Of a stretch of 64,000 nt of DNA, positions 9,934 through 19,439 are shown one piece after another (positions within the stretch are counted from its first letter, which is position 1; every line of letters starts with the position of its first letter). The notes under the pieces were generated by a model that saw nothing but the letters and a program-made list of their open reading frames with translations, was not told where the DNA came from and did not search any database. This DNA is from Elusimicrobiota bacterium (lineage in GTDB: Bacteria > Elusimicrobiota > Elusimicrobia > UBA1565 > UBA9628): NCBI GenBank assembly GCA_016212795.1, contig JACRDT010000036.1, positions 39,273-103,272 on the forward strand. Direction: 5' to 3'. The translations under genes and the position numbers were made by a program.

Positions 9934-11268
9934 ATGGCATGGTGCCTTGAGGACGCGCTCTTCGGCTGGCAAGCGGCCAAGAGGCTCTGGAAGCCGCCGC
10001 TCAAGCGCTATCTGACCGGGGGGTGGTCTCCGCTGTCGATGCGGCCGGGCCCGCCCCATTTCCCCGGCGGGCTCGACCGCCTGGGCCTCTACCTGCACGT
10101 CCCGTTCTGCCGCGACCTCTGCCCTTACTGCCCCTACAACCGCGTCGAATACGACGAGGCTCTCTCCCGGGCTTTCGAGGCCGCCCTCCTGGCCGAGATC
10201 GACCTGCAGGCAGCGGCGCTCAGGCGCGCCTGCGCCGGCCGGTCGATGCCGGTCGTCACGACCCTCTACGTCGGGGGCGGCACGCCGACGGTGGATCCCG
10301 CGACGCTCAGGCGCGCCTTGCGCCGGCTGGCCGAAGCGTTCGGCCCGGCCCGGGAGATCTGCGTGGAGCTCCACCCTTCCGCCATGGACGACGCCTGCCT
10401 GGAGGCCCTCCGGGGCGCGGGCGTCACCATGCTGTCGGTCGGCGTGGAGACCTTCTCGGACAGGCTGCTCAAGGCCATCGGCCGCTCCCACGACGGCGTG
10501 ACGGCCGAGGCCGCCGTGCGCCGGGCCGTGGCCGCGGGCTTCGCCTCGGTGAACGTGGACCTCATGTTCTCCCTGCCGGGACAGAGCGCGGCCGAGCTCG
10601 ACTCGGACCTGCGCCGGCTCGCGGCCCTCGAAGTCGACCAGGTCTCGACCTACCCCATGTTCGGCTTCCCCTACACCGAGCTCGGCAGGGAACTGGGCTT
10701 GCGCGGCATCCGGCGTCCCCCCGGGACCCGCATCCGGGAGATGCTGGACATCATCGCGGTTCGCTGCCGGGAGGCTGGGCTCGAGCGCTGCGCCGTCTGG
10801 TCGTTCCTCCGGCCGGGCGGCAAGAAGTTCAGCTCGGTCACCCGCCATCACTACCTGGGCTTCGGACCGAGCGCCGCGTCCATGACCGGGCGGCAGTTCC
10901 GGGTCAACACCTTTTCCGTCGCCGAGTACGCCAGAACCCTGCCCGGGCGGCTGCCCGTCGCCCTCGCCATGCCGTTCGACCGGGGGCTCGAGATGGCCTA
11001 CTGGCTCTACTGGCGGGTCTACGAGATGAGCATCCCCGACGGCGAGTTCCACCGGCTCTTCGGCCGGGACCTCGGAGAGGTGTTCGGCTCGTTCTTGGCC
11101 GGCATGCGCTGCCTGGGGATGGCCCGGCGGGAGGACGGCGGCCATCGCATCACCGAGGCCGGGGCCTATTGGATCCACAGGCTCCAGAACGAGTACTCCC
11201 TCAACTACATCGACCGCCTCTGGGGCGCCTGCCGGCAGGACCCTTGGCCCGACGAGGTGCGGCTCTGA
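9934..11268 (+). CDS. HemN/HemW-like (class C) radical SAM protein
   Basis: LYLHVPFCRDLCPYCPY (CxxxCxxC), YVGGGTP, SVGVETFS, NVDLMFSLPGQ, YLGFGPSAAS. Confidence 0.85.
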   Translation: MAWCLEDALFGWQAAKRLWKPPLKRYLTGGWSPLSMRPGPPHFPGGLDRLGLYLHVPFCRDLCPYCPYNRVEYDEALSRAFEAALLAEIDLQAAALRRACAGRSMPVVTTLYVGGGTPTVDPATLRRALRRLAEAFGPAREICVELHPSAMDDACLEALRGAGVTMLSVGVETFSDRLLKAIGRSHDGVTAEAAVRRAVAAGFASVNVDLMFSLPGQSAAELDSDLRRLAALEVDQVSTYPMFGFPYTELGRELGLRGIRRPPGTRIREMLDIIAVRCREAGLERCAVWSFLRPGGKKFSSVTRHHYLGFGPSAASMTGRQFRVNTFSVAEYARTLPGRLPVALAMPFDRGLEMAYWLYWRVYEMSIPDGEFHRLFGRDLGEVFGSFLAGMRCLGMARREDGGHRITEAGAYWIHRLQNEYSLNYIDRLWGACRQDPWPDEVRL

Positions 11269-12167
11269 TGCTGGCCGGGATCCGCCGGGCGCCGTACTTC
11301 GCTTCCCTGGCGGCCAGCATCGCGCTCGGCCGCCCTCTGCCGGCCATCGGAGGCATCTCGATCACGGATGTCTGCAACCTGGATTGCCGGCACTGCTGGC
11401 GCAAGAACGGCGGGCGTGGGCACGCGCCCTTCCCCATGGTGCGCCGGGCTCTGGAACGCCTCCACGCCATGGGCGCGCGCTACCTGTACATCCAGGGCGG
11501 GGAGGCCTTCCTGTGGGAGGACGGGCCCCTGCGGCTCGCGGACGTCGTGCTCCAGGCCCGCCGGCAGGGCTTCTTCCACGTGGCGGTCTGCACCAACGGC
11601 ACGTTCCCCCTGGAGGCCGAGGCCGACTCCTTCTCCGTGAGCCTCGAGGGTCGCCGGGAGACGCACGACAGGATACGCTGCGGCTCGTTCGAGCGCGTGA
11701 TGGCCAACCTCGCGGCCGGCCGCGGCCGGCACGTCTTCCTCAACGCCACGTTCAACCGGGAGAACGTTGGCGACCTGGAGTACCTGGCCCGGCTCGCGGC
11801 GCAGCGCCCCTATCTGCGGGGGCTCCTCGTGAACTTCCACATCCCCTACCCGGGGGTGGAGGGGCTCTCCCTGTCCCAGGAAGACCGCCGCCGAGTCAGC
11901 CTGCGGGCCATGGAGCTCAAGCGCGGCGGTCTTCCCATCATGAACTCCTTCGGCGGGTTGCGGGCCCTGGCGGCCAACGACTGGCGCAGGCCCATCGGGC
12001 TCTCCGTGGTCACTGATTGCCGCGAGACCTACAATTGCTGCCGCGCCCGCGGCATGGAGGAAGTCTGCCGCGGCTGCGGCTACGGGCTTTGGGCGGAGGC
12101 GGCCAGGGTCCTGGCCTGGGATCCGGAGGTCATGTGGGCCGCGTGGCGCAGGCTCCACTCGCGATGA
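11268..12167 (+). CDS. Radical SAM protein with C-terminal Cys cluster (twitch-like)
   Basis: ITDVCNLDCRHCW, IQGGEAF, VCTNG, SVSLEG, C-terminal CC..CRGC; TGATG coupling to the previous gene. Confidence 0.85.
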   Translation: MLAGIRRAPYFASLAASIALGRPLPAIGGISITDVCNLDCRHCWRKNGGRGHAPFPMVRRALERLHAMGARYLYIQGGEAFLWEDGPLRLADVVLQARRQGFFHVAVCTNGTFPLEAEADSFSVSLEGRRETHDRIRCGSFERVMANLAAGRGRHVFLNATFNRENVGDLEYLARLAAQRPYLRGLLVNFHIPYPGVEGLSLSQEDRRRVSLRAMELKRGGLPIMNSFGGLRALAANDWRRPIGLSVVTDCRETYNCCRARGMEEVCRGCGYGLWAEAARVLAWDPEVMWAAWRRLHSR

Positions 12168-12973
12168 GCGTGCCCGTGCGCGTCGGCCTGGCCGTGGTGG
12201 ACGACGGGCTCTACACGCACCGCTGGGCGGCCGCGCTGCTGCAGGACGCCGGCTTGCGGGTCCCGTTCGCCGTCTGCCTGAGCCCCTGGCGGGCCAGGGG
12301 GTTCAATCCCCGCGGCGGCGGGGCCGCGGCCGCGGCGCTCTCGAGGCTGGCCTACTACGGCTGGCGGGACACGGCGGTGTTCGCGGCCCGGGCGGCGGCC
12401 TCGGCGGCCGTGGACGCCCGCTGGCAAGCGGGGCTCGGCGGCGAGCCCCGGCGGGTGGCGTCGGCGGCGAGGGCCAAGGGGGTTCCGGTCCTCCGGCCGC
12501 CCGGCGGCGACATCAACGACGCGTCCTTCTGCGGCCGGCTGGCGTCGCATCGTCCGGACCTCATCGTGTGCGCTTTCTCACAGAAGGCGGGCGCGAGGTT
12601 CCTGTCCGTTCCCTTGGCTGGATGCCTCAACGTCCACTTCTCGCTCCTGCCGCTCCACCGCGGCCGCGAGCCGCTCATGAGGGCCATGCTTGCCGGCAGG
12701 GGCGCCGGGGTCTCGGCGCACTGGATGACCGAAGGAGTGGACGAGGGCGCGGTCGTCGCCCAGGAGCCGGTCGGCCTGGAGGGCTGCCGCACGCTTGACG
12801 AGGCCATCCTGAAGGCCTGCGCGGTCGCGGCCCGCCTGCTGCCTCGCGCCGTCCGCCTGGCCGTCGACGCGGGCGGGCCCGCCCCGGCCTCGGGCGCCCT
12901 CGGGCCGAGGCGCGGGTGGCCCACGCCCGACGAGGTGGCCGAGTTCAGGGAGAAGGGCTTCCGGTTTGTTTGA
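12164..12973 (+). CDS. Formyltransferase family protein (Formyl_trans_N only)
   Basis: CLNVHFSLLPLHRG and HWMTEGVDEG carry the Asn/His/Asp catalytic set; ATGA overlap. Confidence 0.85.
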   Translation: MSVPVRVGLAVVDDGLYTHRWAAALLQDAGLRVPFAVCLSPWRARGFNPRGGGAAAAALSRLAYYGWRDTAVFAARAAASAAVDARWQAGLGGEPRRVASAARAKGVPVLRPPGGDINDASFCGRLASHRPDLIVCAFSQKAGARFLSVPLAGCLNVHFSLLPLHRGREPLMRAMLAGRGAGVSAHWMTEGVDEGAVVAQEPVGLEGCRTLDEAILKACAVAARLLPRAVRLAVDAGGPAPASGALGPRRGWPTPDEVAEFREKGFRFV

Positions 12974-13246
12974 AGGGCGCCTCCCCAACCCGTTCAGTGC
13001 TGCGAACTGATGGATTTAGAAGTTCCTTTCAGGATGTCTTTCTTTGGGAGTTGGAACCTGTGTTGAGGTGATATGTTCAACTATCTCACTTCAACAGGGA
13101 TCGCAGGTGCCTCCCAGGCCTGGCCGCCGCAGACTTGATGTTCTCCCGTGCTCATCCGCTGACGTCGAACTTGCTAGAATCCCCCACGATGTCATGCTGA
13201 GTCACTTGCGCGGATCGATGGCGTTGTTGACATTCAGCCGGCTGGA

Positions 13247-14601
13247 ATGGCGCAGGCATCGGGGTTCGGCTGTTCCTATGCGCTGGGCAACGGCATCGCC
13301 GGCGGGATTGCCGGCTTGATCACGGCCTCGGCCGTCTCGGCCGCGCTCATTCGAGGTTGGTGGCTCGCTGACAACTTCGGTCATCGCGGCCTCTTCGGCA
13401 TTGAGACGGCCTTGGTGGTCCTGGCCGCGTTCAGCGGGCCGATTCTGGCCCTGGGTCGTCTTGGCCTTCTCGCCCGAAGTCCGGGCCAAGGCCTCCTCCG
13501 GGCTCGCGCTCACCTCGTTGCGCGGCGAGGTCACCTGGCTGGGGAAGGACGGTGTCCGAGAGCGGCTCGTGCCACCCCTCGACATCCATTGGATCAGTCA
13601 GGTCAAGGAAAGCTGGCGGTGGAATGAATGGCCCGGCACCATGTCGCTCGCATGGGCTCCGGACGGGAGCGTCTGGGTGGTGCGCTCGTGGAAGCGCCAG
13701 GGAGCCGACAAGTGGACCGTCGAGGTCTGGACTGGCAGCCAGGCCCCTCTCTCCCTCGTTTCAAGCAAGGAGATGGAGAACCGGCTTTTCCCATGGCTGA
13801 GCCATCGCAGCGATTCCGTTGAGCTCGGAGAGGCGGCCGCTCTGGTCTTGTTCCTCCAGGCCATGCCCCAGGGCAGATTTCAAGACTTCACCGTAGAAGA
13901 GCTTTTCCGCGGCCTAAGGGCCAAAGGTCTTGCGGCCGGAATCGACACAGCCTCCCTGCTCATTGGGACCAAGAAGCTGAGGCTTCCCAAGGGCATGTCC
14001 CCGATGTATGGGACTTATGACAGCGGATACACCAGCTGCTCTTACTGGAGCGATTTCCCCTACCGTGTCAGGGAATTCTAGGGCTGGACCCAAGATCTCA
14101 TCCCGGGTTTCAGGTTCAAAGGAAAATTCCTTTTTCCCGCGCCCGTCGTGTCCTTGCGCGACGAGAGGAATCCCTGGGCTCTGGCCTTGGCTTGCGAGGA
14201 CCACGTCGATATCCTGTGGGCTGGCCCAGGCTGCAAGACCAACCTCAGCTTGGTGCCGGCGCAACGACGCCTATCTGCACATCATCGCTCCCGACGGCAC
14301 GCCGTTGCCGCCCTTCGACCTGAGCCCCTCTCGCCATCCCGTAAAGGGAGTGGCCCTGCCGAGGTACTTGCACACGGACGGCCGGTCTGTCTGGCTCCTG
14401 GTCGAGCGGGGTCTTCTCATCAAGGCTCGGTCGCCGGACGGAGCGGTGGAACGGGGTTGGCTGCTGCCCAGGACCAGGATGACCGAAGAGCGCTACGAAG
14501 CGGCGTTCAAAGTCGTCGGGGACGGGCTGTTCTGGCACACTGGGCGGCGCATCTTCTTCATCGATTGGGAAGGCCGGCGGCGGGACCTGGGACCGATCTA
14601 A
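13247..14601 (+). pseudogene. Disrupted hypothetical membrane-anchored protein (two apparent frameshifts and one in-frame TAG)
   Basis: Protein-like sequence moves from ORF 13247 (TM helices) to ORF 13401 near 13460. It continues in the same frame past TAG 14079-14081 (GWTQDLIPGFRFKGK...) and shifts near 14260 into ORF 14008-14601. Confidence 0.45.
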
Positions 14602-14636
14602 GGTTCGCCCACGGCCGGCCCCTCGATGGGCCGGTC

Positions 14637-15341
14637 CTAATAGGAGTCGAAGAGCTTCTCGAGCTGGTCGAGCCGGGGAGCGGCCTTCTTGGCGGCCAGG
14701 GCGGTCAGTTCCGCGAGGCTGTCGAGGTGGACGAGGGCGTTGACGTTGACGTCCTTGAGGCAGGCCCGGAAGAACCGCTTGCAGAAGTGCCTGTTCACCA
14801 GGTGGACGTCCTCGATCCACGGGCCGATGTTCTCGATCCCCCAGTCGGGCCGGCCGCCGCGCCGCTGGATGAAGAACTGGGCCAGCAGGTACATCGAGAG
14901 AGTGCGGAAGATGGTCTCCTGGATGGTGGCGAACGGCAGGTGGGTGAGGACGTTGGGCTTGAGCTTGCCCAGGATGGGGCAGCCGCTCGTGGGCATGAGG
15001 ACGCCCAGCAGCGCGGAGGCGCCCTCGGCGAGGGACGTGCGCCGGGAGAGCGTGCGGGTCTCGCGGACGACCTCGACGAGCGCGGTCTCGGTCGAGAGGG
15101 AGTCCTGGAAGGCGTCCACGATGTCGATGACGTTCTCCGCGACCGGGCAGCGGGGCCGCGTCTCTTCTTGGAACGGGCAGTTGGGGCACTGGCACACCGA
15201 GAGCCGCGTCCACGAGGGGTAGACCGTCCGTTCCCGGGGGAGGGCGTCGAGCGTCACGCAGTCGAGCCGGACCGGGAATTCCCGGACCACGCCGTCGTCC
15301 ATCGTGAAGCGATAGGTGAGGAAGACGTCGGATGCCGCCAT
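14637..15341 (-). CDS. DUF6901-like conserved protein
   Basis: WTRLSVCQCPNCP, CPVA, LMPTSGCP, HLPFAT..ET..R, NALVHLD motifs; start at MAASD. Confidence 0.7.
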   Translation of the reverse strand: MAASDVFLTYRFTMDDGVVREFPVRLDCVTLDALPRERTVYPSWTRLSVCQCPNCPFQEETRPRCPVAENVIDIVDAFQDSLSTETALVEVVRETRTLSRRTSLAEGASALLGVLMPTSGCPILGKLKPNVLTHLPFATIQETIFRTLSMYLLAQFFIQRRGGRPDWGIENIGPWIEDVHLVNRHFCKRFFRACLKDVNVNALVHLDSLAELTALAAKKAAPRLDQLEKLFDSY

Positions 15342-15444
15342 GTCAAGGCTAGGATACAATATTCGCCGCGCCGAGTCGCCTGACGCGCGCTCGTTTGCTG
15401 GAGTGCCGAGGTTCTGAGGCTATGGCCGTCGATGATCCGCGGGG

Positions 15445-17766
15445 TCACTTCGCAGCGCAGGGCGGTCCGTCGGACTGGCAGTCCCTGCGATAGGCATAGA
15501 TCCTGTTGTCCATCCCGACGTGCCTGAAATCTCGCGGCGTGAACCGCATCCTGTTGAGCCAGTAGGTCACACCCACCTGGGAAGGCGCCTTGCCTTGCGG
15601 GTCGTCCACAAGAAGGGTCCCCGAGATCCTCAAGTCGCGGCCGACCACGGCATAGACGCCGACGACGGGGCGGCGTGACAGTCTGGGATTCTCCAAGGTC
15701 ACGGTCCCATCCGCTCCGAAATCATAGGACCATTGCGTCGTGCGGTTGCACCATTTGCCCGGCAATCTGGCCTGGACGTCCCCCCACAGGTCATCGGCGA
15801 ACCCGGGGGCGCGCCTGACGGCGAACTCGAACTCCCCGGCGTCCATCGACTCCTCGATCGTGGCCATCACGGCGCGCGCCTCGGTCTCACCCTGTCCCGC
15901 GGCAAGGTACAGCCAGTTGTAGGCTTCATCCTTGTTCGTGCCTGAGCCCTGCTTGGCGGCCAGCAAGGATCCCAGTCTGAGCTGGGCCTTGGCGTGTTCC
16001 TGCTCCGCCGCGAGGCGATACCATTTCTCCGCCAGGGTCTGAGACCCCGGCATGCCTTGGCCACGGGCGTAAGCCTCGGCAAGGGCGAACTGGGATTCCG
16101 GAATCCCCAGATCGGCCTCCGAGAGGATGCTCTCCGGGACGGAGCCGAGCCCGTCGGGCAGCGCTTGGAGCACTGACTCCGTCCCCTCATCGTTCACGGT
16201 CAACGTGCGATCTGAGATCCTGACGTTTCGCAACGTGCGCATCGACGATTGCCTCGTCGACCCATAGACATCGCATGCGTTGGGGGTCTCAATCCCCATG
16301 ACGTCGGCCGCCGCGGCGATTTCCACGGCGATGGTCCCATCCGGCGCGCGCAGTATCTTGAAATTGCCCGTCATCAAGGGCGTTTTCGGACGCTCGTCAT
16401 CGGTCACAGCGGTCCCGTCTCCTCGGAACCGGAGGAGGCATCCGGCGGTGCTGGCGCACCGACCGTACCAGGCGCCGTGCAATTCCTTCAACTCGACCGG
16501 CGCCTCGACCGGCGCTATCGTGACGATGGGCGGGGGCGCAACCGTGACCGGCACACTGGCCTTCTGCTTGGCGCGGACCCCTTTGATGTGGTGGTACGGC
16601 ACCCACGCGACGACCCCGGCCAAGACCCCCAGGCTGGCCCACACCGGCAGCCTCGACCATGCCTGCAGCAGGAGGGGCCGCATCCCGTTGGCAGGCGACG
16701 CCGGACGGCGGGCCGGCGCCGAGGGAGACGTCGTCTCCTCCAACATGATCGGCCATATCTCGTCGGCGGGCGGGGCTTGCGGCCGGACTGCGCTCTGCCA
16801 GGAGGCTTCATGCGGTTGGGTCGGCACGGGGAAGCGGGCCGGTGTGCGCCCCAGCGGCTCGAAGGCGGGAAGGGTTGGGGCCAAGTTCGCCGCCGGGCCG
16901 AGCTTCGCGGTCTCGGCCCGAGCCACGGGGAGGCTCGGCAGCTGCGCGTCGATGGCGGCGACCAGCGCCGCGGCGCTGGCGTAGCGGTCCTCGGGTTTCT
17001 TGGCCGTCATCTTGTTCAGGATGAACTTGACGCCGTAGGGGATGAACAGCGCTCCCTCGTCGAAGTCGGGCAGCGGACGCTCCACGATCTGATACATCAG
17101 AGCCATGGGCGTGTCGCCCGCGAAAGGCGCCTTGCCGGAGAGCAACTCGTAGAGCATGATCCCGAGGGAGAAGATGTCGGAACGTCCGTCGACCTGCTCG
17201 CCCTTGATCTGCTCCGGCGACATGTACATGGGGGTGCCGAGCGTGGCGCCGGTGGCGGTGATGCCGGTGGAAGCCTGCGCGACCTTGGCAAGTCCGAAAT
17301 CCAGGACCTTCACCAGCCCGGATTCGTTGATGAGGATGTTCCGCGGCTTGATGTCCCGATGGACGATGCCTTTCCCGTGAGCCTCCGCCAGGCCCAGGGC
17401 GGCCTGGCGCACGAGCTCCAGGGCAGGACGCGGTTGGACCCTGTCATTCTCCCGGATGAAGTCCTTGACGGATTTGCCCTTCACGTACTCCATGGCGAGA
17501 TAGTGGCGGCCGTCCTGCTCGCCGACGGCATGGATCTGGACGATGTTGGGGTGGTTCAGCTGGGCGACCGCGCGAGCCTCCCTCTGGAAGCGCTTGACGG
17601 ACTCGGGATCCTGGCCGAATTCCGGCGGAAGGACCTTCAACGCGACGCTGCGCTCGAGCGACTTCTCGTGCGCCATGTAGACGACGCCCATGCCCCCGCG
17701 CCCGAGCTCGCCCAGTATCTCGTAGTTGCCGAAGGCCTTGCCTATGAGGGGGTCCGGTTGCGTCAT
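15445..17766 (-). CDS. Hanks-type Ser/Thr protein kinase with TM helix and extracytoplasmic Sel1 repeats
   Basis: LGRGGMGVVY, VALK, HRDIKPRN, DFGLA, GTPMYMSPEQ, DIFSLG; TM segment; Sel1 AEKWYRLAAEQEHAKAQLRLG. Confidence 0.92.
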   Translation of the reverse strand: MTQPDPLIGKAFGNYEILGELGRGGMGVVYMAHEKSLERSVALKVLPPEFGQDPESVKRFQREARAVAQLNHPNIVQIHAVGEQDGRHYLAMEYVKGKSVKDFIRENDRVQPRPALELVRQAALGLAEAHGKGIVHRDIKPRNILINESGLVKVLDFGLAKVAQASTGITATGATLGTPMYMSPEQIKGEQVDGRSDIFSLGIMLYELLSGKAPFAGDTPMALMYQIVERPLPDFDEGALFIPYGVKFILNKMTAKKPEDRYASAAALVAAIDAQLPSLPVARAETAKLGPAANLAPTLPAFEPLGRTPARFPVPTQPHEASWQSAVRPQAPPADEIWPIMLEETTSPSAPARRPASPANGMRPLLLQAWSRLPVWASLGVLAGVVAWVPYHHIKGVRAKQKASVPVTVAPPPIVTIAPVEAPVELKELHGAWYGRCASTAGCLLRFRGDGTAVTDDERPKTPLMTGNFKILRAPDGTIAVEIAAAADVMGIETPNACDVYGSTRQSSMRTLRNVRISDRTLTVNDEGTESVLQALPDGLGSVPESILSEADLGIPESQFALAEAYARGQGMPGSQTLAEKWYRLAAEQEHAKAQLRLGSLLAAKQGSGTNKDEAYNWLYLAAGQGETEARAVMATIEESMDAGEFEFAVRRAPGFADDLWGDVQARLPGKWCNRTTQWSYDFGADGTVTLENPRLSRRPVVGVYAVVGRDLRISGTLLVDDPQGKAPSQVGVTYWLNRMRFTPRDFRHVGMDNRIYAYRRDCQSDGPPCAAK

Positions 17767-17925
17767 GGATCGTTGCGTCGCAGCGTCCGTCTGACTAAAG
17801 CTATTCTACCATAACTTTGCCGGACCGAACCGCACACGCAAGGCGCTGGGGCTTCAGGGAGCGGACTCGGGCCCGCCGGGCTATGCTAACATGTGATGGC
17901 GGTCCGTGGCCGCGGGAGGTGCGCC

Positions 17926-19413
17926 ATGTCGGGGAGGGTGATTCTCGAGATCGTCGGCGGTGCGATGAGCGGCAGGCGGCTCTTCTTTGACGAGCACGAT
18001 ACCTACCTTTTCGGCCGAGATCCCGCTTGCCATGCCTGCCTCCCCGACGACGGCAGGGTGTCTCGCCACCATTTCTTGCTGGAAGTCAACCCGCCTGACG
18101 CGCGCATCCTCGACCTCGGCAGCCGAAACGGGACCTTCGTCAACGATGTGAAATACGGCGGCCGGGGGCAAGACGAAGCCGCGGAGGAGACCGCCGCGCC
18201 GCTCAATCCCGAGATCGACCTCAAGAACGGCGACCGGATCCGCGTGGGCGACACCGTGATCGCCGTGAGCCTGGAGGGGGCCGGCGCATGCTCGGAGTGC
18301 GGGTGCCCGATCGCCGACGGCGACCGGGTGAAATGCACCCGGCCTGACGGGACCTTCTTCTGCTTCAACTGCGGGGCCCGGATCTTGACGGGTACGAAGA
18401 CGAAGGAGGCGGTGCGTTGCGCAAGATGCGGCAAGGACGCGGCCGATGAGGCGGGCGTGGCGCGCCTCGGCGACTACGTCTGCCGTTGTTGCAGGGAGGA
18501 GGCCGGAATCGGCCCCCGAGACATCCTCGTGGGCCTGCTGGGCGTCGCGGGGGATGAAGACGGGACTCCCGGGATCGGGGGCTATGAGATCGAGAAGGAC
18601 CCTCTGGGTGTCGGGAGCTTCGGGGCCGTCTATCTCGGCAGGCGCAGGAAGGACGACGTCCAGGTCGCGATCAAGGTGTTGCTCTCCCAGGTCGCGGTGG
18701 ACGAGCATTCCCGGCGGATCTTCCTCCGGGAGATCTCGGCGATGAAGGAGTTGCGCCACGGCAATATCGTGTCGTGTTTCGGCCACGGCTCGGTCGGCAG
18801 CGCCTTCTATTTGATCACGAAGTTCTGCGAAGGCGGGAGCATCGAAGGCTTGGCGAAGCGCACGGGAGGGAAACTCCCGCTCTCCGTCGCGGCGCCGATC
18901 ATGCTCCAGGCTTTGGAGGGGCTCTCTTACATCCACGGCAAAGGAGTCGTGCATCGCGACTTGAAGCCCGCGAACATCCTGCTGACCGGCTCGGATGGCT
19001 CAGACAGGGTGAAGATAGCCGACCTGGGGCTGTCGAGGAGCTTCCAGAAGGCGGGCTACAGCGGGATGACGATGATGGGCGTCGCCCGCGGGACGCCCCT
19101 CTTCATGCCGCGAGAACAGGTCACGGACTTCAACAACGTCAGGCCGGTGAGCGACGTCTGGAGCATGGGCGCGACTTTCTACAACATGCTCACCGGCGCG
19201 TTTCCGCGGGAGTTCGACCGGGGCCAGGCCGCCATGGAGGTCGTCCTCGGCGGGCGCATCATCCCCGTCCGAGAGCGCGACGCCGGCATCCCCCGGGAGA
19301 TGGCCCGGGTCATCGACAAATCCCTCTCCACCAAGCCGGACGACCGGTATCAGACCGCGGCCGACCTGCGCAAGGCGTTCAAGGAGGCCCTCGGCCCGTG
19401 CCGGACCGGATGA
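17926..19413 (+). CDS. FHA domain + Cys-rich linker + Ser/Thr protein kinase
   Basis: FHA GR...VSRHH...DLGSRNGTFVN; kinase GVGSFGAVY, VAIK, HRDLKPAN, DLGL, GTPLFMPREQ; GGAGG SD before ATG 17926. Confidence 0.92.
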   Translation: MSGRVILEIVGGAMSGRRLFFDEHDTYLFGRDPACHACLPDDGRVSRHHFLLEVNPPDARILDLGSRNGTFVNDVKYGGRGQDEAAEETAAPLNPEIDLKNGDRIRVGDTVIAVSLEGAGACSECGCPIADGDRVKCTRPDGTFFCFNCGARILTGTKTKEAVRCARCGKDAADEAGVARLGDYVCRCCREEAGIGPRDILVGLLGVAGDEDGTPGIGGYEIEKDPLGVGSFGAVYLGRRRKDDVQVAIKVLLSQVAVDEHSRRIFLREISAMKELRHGNIVSCFGHGSVGSAFYLITKFCEGGSIEGLAKRTGGKLPLSVAAPIMLQALEGLSYIHGKGVVHRDLKPANILLTGSDGSDRVKIADLGLSRSFQKAGYSGMTMMGVARGTPLFMPREQVTDFNNVRPVSDVWSMGATFYNMLTGAFPREFDRGQAAMEVVLGGRIIPVRERDAGIPREMARVIDKSLSTKPDDRYQTAADLRKAFKEALGPCRTG

Positions 19414-19439
19414 ACCTATTCTGTTGTATACTATAGACG

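Noticed and set aside
14079-14081. In-frame TAG as evidence of recoding or pyrrolysine
   Set aside because: TAG ends ordinary genes in this window (e.g. 449, 3714, 44220), and the same gene has frameshifts
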